A stretch of 63,946 nt of DNA, filler included, from Octopus bimaculoides (taxonomy: Eukaryota), in assembly GCF_001194135.2 (NCBI RefSeq). It is 12 parts of 10 records of this genome, joined end to end, with 100 filler letters (N's around TTAATTAATTAA, not from the genome) between each part and the next. Parts side by side here need not be neighbours in the genome. Positions count along the whole stretch, not along the records: positions 54,671 to 57,704 come from NC_068986.1; positions 57,805 to 60,737 come from NC_069009.1; positions 60,838 to 62,682 come from NW_026420473.1; positions 62,783 to 63,946 come from NW_026404511.1; 8 more parts are not named here. One strand, given 5' to 3'. How positions within the stretch are numbered: position 1 is the first letter of the stretch; each line of letters starts with the position of its first letter. The notes under the pieces are model-generated. The model had not been told where the DNA came from. It saw only the letters and a program-made list of their open reading frames with translations, and ran no database searches. Of the stretch, positions 54,970-63,946 are shown piece after piece. Made by a program: the position numbers and the translations under genes.

Positions 54970-57804
54970 ATATATATATGTATAAATACGTAGAAATATA
55001 TACTCACATATGCAAAAATATGTTTGTATATGTGTATGTGTGTGTTTATCTGTGCGATGTCTGTATATGTGCTTATGTGTGTACATCATTCTGCTTATGT
55101 TATTCCTAAAGCATATAGGATATATTTCACTAGCACCACAAGTACACATATATCAAATACAGTACTCAATTTAATGGGATTAAGGAATATGTCAATCGAT
55201 CTTACTGCTATTACTGGCTACAGCTACTCGATCTTCTCCTAGAACTATTACAACATTTACTACCACAAATAAAATGATACCAGAAATACGAAAAATGAGA
55301 CTTGTAAATGTAATTCATTCTGTAGAGGAAACTATGTTACTAACATGAAAAATCCTGGTGAGTAAGGAGAAAACGATCGCTTCTGACATTTTAGGAATTA
55401 CGATTGATTAAATCCTGTTGTTTACTTTACAATTTTTTTTTTGTGCTTTTTTGTAGTTGTATTTACTTCCCTATCACATAAGGCTAAAAATTACCTCTAT
55501 TTCTTATCTATAACATTTGATTTTCCTGTTCTGAATGATCATTCTTAAAGTATTTCTTTCTTTTATTATTACAGGGAACAATTCCTTGAAGGTTTTGTGA
55601 TATTACATCTGCATAACGATTGAACCGGTTCGGTTACAAATCACTTAATATGAATGCAGAACTAAGTATATATCTGGAGTCAAACCATATCTTATTGAAT
55701 GACCTAGATAGTTTTTGCTTCCTGCGAGATTAATATATATGCAGACGAGTAACACAGTAACTCACATTGCCTCTTCCTCCAAAGTTAAGTTTTAAGAATG
55801 TTACATAGATTTCCATACGCCTTTCCACATTTGAACAATCTGTTCTGCATATAAAAAATTCCATTCCCATTTATACTAGGGAGTGAAGAATGTCACTGCG
55901 GTTTCAAAATACCCATGTAAGTCACCTTCAATCTGCTATCTGAGAATTGACTCAGGTAGAGGGCTACTTACATTACAATCACTCGAGTACAACAATGTAA
56001 GCTTATGGATGTTACAGCTGTTCATGTTGATGTTATTAATGTTGTAAATCACATTATCCATAACCTCAATATCAACAAAAACATTATTGTCCTTTGTTTT
56101 GTGTGTGTTTTCGAATGGATAAATGAATGTATGTAGTTTTCTTATAACTTATTGAGCATTTTATTTTCAGTGAAATGTGGAAAGCATTTTCATAAATAAC
56201 CGTTTATCCATGAAATATAATAGTGTTTAAAAACTTGGGAGTTCAGTTAATTAGTTTTAGTCTTCAGTTTTAGACTGCCGATGACAAATATTAAGATATA
56301 TTGGCCTTGTTTCCAGTGAACAATTCACACGAAGTATGCTCATGTGCTTCCCACTTCGTGTATATATGTATTGAACTTAAAGAGTTAAACGTCATGCACT
56401 CCAAATGAGTCGATGAAATCTGATCTATCATTCACTCTCCGAAATGTCCACGTATCAACAAAGCTCAGACACTGAAGCTGTTGAAGGTACCAGGTGTCAA
56501 AAGCTCTCTGTAACATGTACTTTTCCTTCTAAATTGTCAGCGTACCATAGTAAAAATAGCATAGAAAACAAGGACTGAAATCATCTTTTTTGCTGGTAGA
56601 ACTCTTTGTACATCTGTATATTCTCTGATATCAGGCGCCCAAACACGATTCTCGTAAATTTGTCAGAGAGATAGAATAGAGTTAAGGATGTAGGAGAAAC
56701 ACTGGTGCTCCCACTCACCGTCTTCTTTGTAGTTATTGTAGTCTCAACCCTTGTCTGCACCTCATCGATACCGAAGTATTGGCTGTCAGCTTAGGTGAGT
56801 AGAACGGCTGGTAAGTCAAAGCTCGATAAAGAGTAGAGTTTCTGATCAAATTGAAAATGCGTGATAGGGAAATACGATGGGAAATTCAGAACAGTCGAAC
56901 AAATTATACATGATGCAGGTATTGTCGTAATTCATATTTACGTGCCCTTCCACCCATAATCTCTCTCAACCTACGGGGCTTATATATAATAATACATATG
57001 TGATGTATTAGTCCCTGTGCATTCAGCCTCCACCAACACACTATAGGTTTAGTGTTTAACCTGAAACATGCTTGAAGTTACTCCCATGAACCGTGGGCAA
57101 GCAATCCACAAAAAGCCTGCTATTCCATATCAGCGATTTCCCTGTGCGGGTCACATAAATGTAAGGATACTCCTGAAAAATTGTTCGCTTTTCCGAAGCA
57201 AGAATTAGATCATAACGTAATAAGCAAATGATCCAATATAGGTTAAAATTTCTGATAGGTGCCCAATCTGATTGACAACTGGAAATTTCTTCTGTATTTT
57301 TAAGTTACTGTGCATCTATAGACTGGACAGAAACCGGCAGCATTGATTCCAAATGCCAGATACTGATGACGCCGAGTATCCAATGAGTTGGACAGATTAA
57401 ATTGAGTTTATGCGATTGATTGATCTGAGAGATTGATGTGCCACATTCTCTTGCTGGAAGCGGTACAAGAAATCGTTCACGCCTAAATAAATCTGAACTC
57501 ACTGCTGATGAAAAATGATCAACATAGTCATGTGGAACATTCACCAATGCTGAAACTGTCACATGTAAAACATTTGTTCACATTATCCTTCTCTGTTTTG
57601 ACATTATTTTCTGCTCAAGAGACGTGAATAAAAAATATCATTTCAAGATAGCTCATGTCTTACAGATTAAAACCCCTGCTATTTTTCATTGTAATATATA
57701 TATANNNNNNNNNNNNNNNNNNNNNNNNNNNNNNNNNNNNNNNNNNNNTTAATTAATTAANNNNNNNNNNNNNNNNNNNNNNNNNNNNNNNNNNNNNNNN
57801 NNNN

Positions 57805-57854
<50 letters not shown>

Positions 57855-57968
57855 GTATGTATATTATTATACGATGGGTTTATTTCAGTTTCTTTCAAAT
57901 TCACTCAAAAGGCCACACAGTGGGGCCGAACCTGCACCATGTGTTTCTTACCACACAGCCACATTAGA

Positions 57969-58485
57969 TAATGTAGTCCTAGATACACTATGTCTGAATA
58001 AAAGATGGGTTGGTCACAGCTGGAGCCTCGGTTGGATCAGGACTAACCAGGGACTAAGCAACAACCAACATAGCCATCAATATTAACTCCTATGCTATAC
58101 ATTGAATAATGTAGTCCTAGATACACTATGTCTGAATAAAAGATGGGTTGGTCACAACTGGACCCTCGGTTGGATCAGGACTGACCAGGGGCTAAACAAC
58201 AGCAAACATAGCCATCAATATTAAATCCTATGCTATACATTGAATAATGTAGTCCTAGATACACTATGTCTGAATAAAAGATGGGTTGGTCACAACTGGA
58301 GCCTCGGTTGGATCAGGACTGACCAGGGGCTAAACAACAGCAAACATAGCCATCAATATTAACTACTATGCTATACATTGAATAATGTAGTCCTATGTCT
58401 GAATGAAACATGGATTGGTTGCAGCTGGGCCATCTTTGATCATAATTCTGCTGGATCAAGTCTGACCTGGGGCTAAACAACACCC
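57969..58485 (+). repeat. 138-bp tandem repeat, 3 close copies plus 1 diverged
   Basis: taatgtagtccta starts at 57969, 58107, 58245 and 58383. Confidence 0.92.
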
Positions 58486-59265
58486 GGCAGTAACAATACC
58501 GATAACAACAGCAGAATCAATGTGAACATCAACATCAACAACAATCATGCAGCTGTCATGCTTACCACTGTTTTATTAGTAATCTCTGGTGGGATGCACA
58601 GAGATGACGGAAGTCACCACCACCACCAGCAGCAACAATAACGCCACTAATGACAATAACAACTTAAAGCGCCATCTATAACTCTGTCCCCAACAACCAC
58701 TACCGACTCACTCACCAAACCATCCGAAAACCACCAGCCAAATACTCTTATGTATAACGGAGATTGTCTGCTGCCAGCTAGATTTTCGAGCCGTCCTTTC
58801 CACCCTCGTGGATTCTGTTTGCTTTCCAGGTTTTTCTTTTCTTTTTTTTTTTTATTCAGGAAATGTCAAGTAGAAAATAATGTGGAATGGAATGGAATGG
58901 AATGCTTCTTGTGTCGTTTGATGTAGTGTTTTCGAGAGGAGAGGATAATGTTAGTCACAAGGAAAGCTGTGTGTGTGTGAGGGTGGGGTGTCGCGTGAGC
59001 TTTGATAATAATAATAATAATGATAACAATAATAATAATAATAACAAAATGGAGAAGAAGAAGAAGAAGAACAACAACAACAACAACAACAATAACAACA
59101 ACAATAGCAATCATCATAATAATTTTTGCCACAGGCGCATAATGATAAGGACATTACAAAGGGGATAGTTTACAATTTGTGTCTAAGGTTACAGAAAAAA
59201 TGAGGGGAAGAAAGGGAATAATAATAATGATAATAATAATGATAATAATAATAATAATGATGACG

Positions 59266-59335
<70 letters not shown>

Positions 59336-59520
59336 GAAGAATCCTTTCTATTGGAGGCACAAGGCCTCAAATTTGTGGGGAGGGGACTAGTTAATAACAT
59401 CTACTCCAGTGCGTAACTGGTACTTATTCAATCGGCCCCGAAAGGATGAATGGCAAAGTCAACCTAGGCGGAATTTGAACTCAGAAATTAGCGGCAGACA
59501 AAATAACACAAAGCATTTAC

Positions 59521-59731
59521 ACTCTTTTACTCTTTTACTTGTTTCAGTCATTTGACTGCGGCCATGCTGGAGCACCGCCTTTAGTCGAGCAAATCGACCC
59601 CAGGACTTATTTTTTTGTTAGCCTAGTATTTATTCTCTCGGTCTCTTTTTGCCGAACCTCTAGGTTAAGGGGACGTAAGCACACCAGCAACGGTTGTCAA
59701 GCGATGGTGGGGGACAAACACAGACACACAA

Positions 59732-59773
<42 letters not shown>

Positions 59774-60013
59774 CTGTATTCCCGAGCGTCAAACTAATAC
59801 ATCCTTTTGTTGTTTACACTACCTGTCCTCGTGTGTTGTTTCTTTTCCTACATTCTCCCATAAATATATATATACATATATACGAGGGGCTTCTTTCAGT
59901 TTCCGTCTACCAAATCCACGCACAAGGCTTTGGTCGGCCCGAGGCTATAGTAGAAGCAGTGGGACTGAACCCGGAACCATGTGGTTGGTAAGCAAGCTAC
60001 TTACCACACAGCC
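59521..60013 (-). mobile_element. SINE family 1, near full length, antisense
   Basis: From the (TTTTACTC)n tail to ttaccacacagcc, with an internal CA/TA microsatellite. Confidence 0.88.
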
Positions 60014-60019
60014 AATGGT

Positions 60020-60230
60020 TTCAAATTTTGGCACAGGGCCTGCAAGTTCAAAGGAGGGAGGAAGTCGATTGTATTGACCTCAGTACTCAAGTGGCACCTA
60101 TTTTCTCGACCCCCACAAAAGGTTGAAATGCAAATTTGACCGGGGTGGAATTTGAACTCAGAAAGGAAGCATGGATGAAATGCCGCTAAGCATTTCGTAC
60201 GGTGTTGCTAACAATTCTGCCAGCTCAAAG
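60020..60230 (-). mobile_element. Further tRNA-like SINE family; related pieces at 59395-59520 and 19855-19920
   Basis: ggaatttgaactcagaa is an antisense B-box-like motif; ccgctaagcatttcg...ttctgccagctc is shared between copies. Confidence 0.55.
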
Positions 60231-60306
60231 CCTTCAAATATTAATAATGATGATGATGATTTCAAAGTTTGGCACGAGGCCAGACTAATAATAATATTGA
60301 TGATGG

Positions 60307-60338
<32 letters not shown>

Positions 60339-60654
60339 TGGATAACGATGTGCTTAAAAAAACACAGTCAGTAATGTAAACAAATATAAGGTAATATAAC
60401 GAAGTCTACATTAAATAGAAAACTGCCGAAAGACTTCCTCAAAGAACCGTGTATCTGGCTTCTTTACAGAGCAATGACGACGACGATGATGATGATGATG
60501 ATGATGATGATGAGGATGTTGATGATGATGATGATGATGACGATAACGATGATGATGACGATGGTGATGATGATGATGATGGTGATGATGATGTTGATGA
60601 TGATGATAACGATGATGATGATGACGATAACGATGATGATGGTGATGATGATGG

Positions 60655-60703
<49 letters not shown>

Positions 60704-63700
60704 GGTGATGATGGTGATGATGATGATGATGATGATGNNNNNNNNNNNNNNNNNNNNNNNNNNNNNNNNNNNNNNNNNNNNTTAATTAATTAANNNNNNN
60801 NNNNNNNNNNNNNNNNNNNNNNNNNNNNNNNNNNNNNATATATATATATATATATATATGTATGTGTATATAAATATATATCATGTCTAAGCCAGTATTT
60901 GCGTTCTGCGTGTATATGAGTTTGTGTGTGTATGTGTGTGCGCGCGCATGCGTAGGTGTGTATGTGTGTTAGCTAAGAAATATTCTCGCGATGACTATTA
61001 TATGTTCTCTTTGAACCTTCTGTCAACTCTGAACTTCTTGTCCTCTATGACTTTCCTACCCCCGACCGTCCCGCCATTTTATTTCAGACATATTTTGGTT
61101 GGATGTGCGTTACATAATGTTTATTTAGACTAAGCTAAACTGCCGCACACGTCTCATAACACACACACACACACACACACACATANNNNNNNNNNNNNNN
61201 NNNNNNNNNNNNNNNNNNNNNNNNNNNNNNNNNNNNNNNNNNNNNNNNNNNNNNNNNNNNNNNNNNNNNNNNNNNNNNNNNNNNNNNNNNNNNNNNNNNN
61301 NNNNNNNNNNNNNNNNNNNNNNNNNNNNNNNNNNNNNNNNNNNNNNNNNNNNNNNNNNNNNNNNNNNNNNNNNNNNNNNNNNNNNNNNNNNNNNNNNNNN
61401 NNNNNNNNNNNNNNNNNNNNNNNNNNNNNNNNNNNNNNNNNNNNNNNNNNNNNNNNNNNNNNNNNNNNNNNNNNNNNNNNNNNNNNNNNNNNNNNNNNNN
61501 NNNNNNNNNNNNNNNNNNNNNNNNNNNNNNNNNNNNNNNNNNNNNNNNNNNNNNNNNNNNNNNNNNNNNNNNNNNNNNNNNNNNNNNNNNNNNNNNNNNN
61601 NNNNNNNNNNNNNNNNNNNNNNNNNNNNNNNNNNNNNNNNNNNNNNNNNNNNNNNNNNNNNNNNNNNNNNNNNNNNNNNNNNNNNNNNNNNNNNNNNNNN
61701 NNNNNNNNNNNNNNNNNNNNNNNNNNNNNNNNNNNNNNNNNNNNNNNNNNNNNNNNNNNNNNNNNNNNNNNNNNNNNNNNNNNNNNNNNNNNNNNNNNNN
61801 NNNNNNNNNNNNNNNNNNNNNNNNNNNNNNNNNNNNNNNNNNNNNNNNNNNNNNNNNNNNNNNNNNGGATTCTCCACCGCATTTTTTCGTTCTGTTGTTA
61901 CGCCATCTTTTCTTGGAGCTTTGATTGCCTTTATCAGCTTTATTTTCAGTTTCACTGACCAGAAGACATTTATATATATATGCGCACGCGCGCGTGTGCG
62001 CGTGTGTGCGTGTGTGCGTGTGTGCGTGTGCGTGTGTGTGTGTGTGCGTGTGCGTTTGGGAAGTCCAGTGTGTGGCATTATTCTGTAGTAATGCCCTGAT
62101 ATAAATATAAACCAATAATTATATTCTTGGGAATAGAAATTTCCCTTATGAATTTTTTTACACACTGGCTTCCTGATAAAATTCTTGAAAAAGATTTTTA
62201 TCCTTTTTTGCATTTATTAATCAAATATATATATGTGTGTGTGTGTGTGTGTGTTGATGTATTTGTACTTACAATGTATCTATATTTATCAAAACATACC
62301 CGAATAATATGCAGCTAGTTGCTGCTTCGTCCAAGATCGAAACCTTATCAAGTAAAATAAACGATCGAACTGATCGATCTGACTGTTCTTTCTAGCTTTC
62401 CGATCGACAAAACGCATTTGGCTGACTCGACAACTCTTAGCAAACGCAGGTTTATAATCAATAGGTGATTAGAAAAAAACATGGACTCATACATAGGAAA
62501 TACAGAAACAAAATCAATACATGTAATAAGTTCAATGTATGAAATTTTGCTGATTCAGCAATGATTTTGGCGTGCATGTTACCGTCACCAGAATGACTGT
62601 CAAACTGCACACACGGATATCTATTGCGATCGCTGACAGAGTCGATTATATCGACTACTAGAACTACTACTACTACTACTACNNNNNNNNNNNNNNNNNN
62701 NNNNNNNNNNNNNNNNNNNNNNNNNNTTAATTAATTAANNNNNNNNNNNNNNNNNNNNNNNNNNNNNNNNNNNNNNNNNNNNATAAACGAATGAGAAACT
62801 TTATTTGAATTAGATCAAAGGAGAACAAGAGAACGTACACAACGAATGCATCAGCTTGACACTCGGTAAAAAGAGTTACACGTTAAAAGCGTAGTTCTTC
62901 ATCAGAAAGGAGAAAAAGAAATGTCCTAAGAAGGAAAAGCAATCGCCAAGTGTACGTGTGTAGTTACATTGCTGAAGTGACGAGTATGTACCTGTGTAAT
63001 GGCAAGCATTTACGTTATTTTCAAATTAATTTCAATATTTATTGATCATATGGGTTCAATAAGTATGTTATATGAAGTTGGTTTCAACTCAAAGAAATTC
63101 TATGACATCGAATTTTCTAGAATACTGAATTTCAATGGTGTGAATAAATCTCACATCTCAATGTCTAACTCATTTCTTCGATCTTGTTATCTAATTTTTA
63201 TTGCACCCTTTTGATTTTAACAGACTCCAGTCTATAGTAGTGCAGATAGATTCAACGTAACATCCTATAAAGTATTCCATAGTTTATCCTATATATTCTA
63301 CAGCTTTTTGATTTATACATTAACAATATTAGCAACAAAATTCACGTTTCCCAACTATAAAAGCATGATGTTATTTATGATGCTTCAATCTAAATAAATG
63401 ATAAACGAAATTAGAGCTGTTTATTAAACTCCTTTAATCTATGTGTTTTTTTTTTGAAGATTTTATTACACGGACTGGAAATAAAATTTTATGAATGATC
63501 GCAGTGTGAATACCAATCTATAAAACCCGATGTACCTACTAAATTATATCCATTTCGGTAATAAAATATCATTGATACTTATATTTCTGACAGCAATGAT
63601 ATATTACATATTTGAATATATGTTTTATTAGTAAGTAAAAGTAAAGCTACAAGCAGTTTCAATACATGTAATAGGCAAACATTTTATCTCTTACCCGTTC

Positions 63701-63946
63701 CAGTCATTAGATTGCGACAATGTTGGAGAACCATCTTGACGAACTGTTAGCCGAAAGAATCGACACCTGTACATATTTGCTCTTGTTAAGCCTGGTACTT
63801 AGGCTATTGAGATCTTTTACTGCACCCATAAGTAGCGGTGATATAAACACATCAAAAATGATACACAAAACACGAAAATACACATAAATCACAGACCCCA
63901 CGAAACACATACACATGCACGCACACACATACATACATATATACAT

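Overview
Repeat-rich animal genomic DNA. The SINE and microsatellite landscape looks like a coleoid cephalopod such as Octopus; this is an inference from memory, not a search. The window is not contiguous: 12 separate contigs/scaffolds are joined by 11 identical artificial 100-bp spacers (44 N + TTAATTAATTAA + 44 N). The first scaffold (1-13562) carries 13 + strand exons (one partly in a gap, one truncated) of an MRCK/CDC42BP (genghis khan) AGC kinase, from kinase subdomain V to the coiled coil. Its introns are unusual: five hold degenerate telomere-like (TTAGGG/CCCTAA) arrays, one a 50-bp minisatellite, and two hold SINE-derived tandem arrays. An exon 9-intron-exon 10 tandem duplication is joined by exactly two telomeric repeats, keeps the reading frame, and differs from the originals only at synonymous sites. 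The other 11 pieces are mostly transposon debris and microsatellites: Tc1, mariner, hAT, RTE, an R4/Dong-like element, four Penelope GIY-YIG fragments and several tRNA-derived SINEs. They also hold a 146-bp inverted repeat carrying a minimal type-I hammerhead ribozyme motif and two candidate orphan exons.
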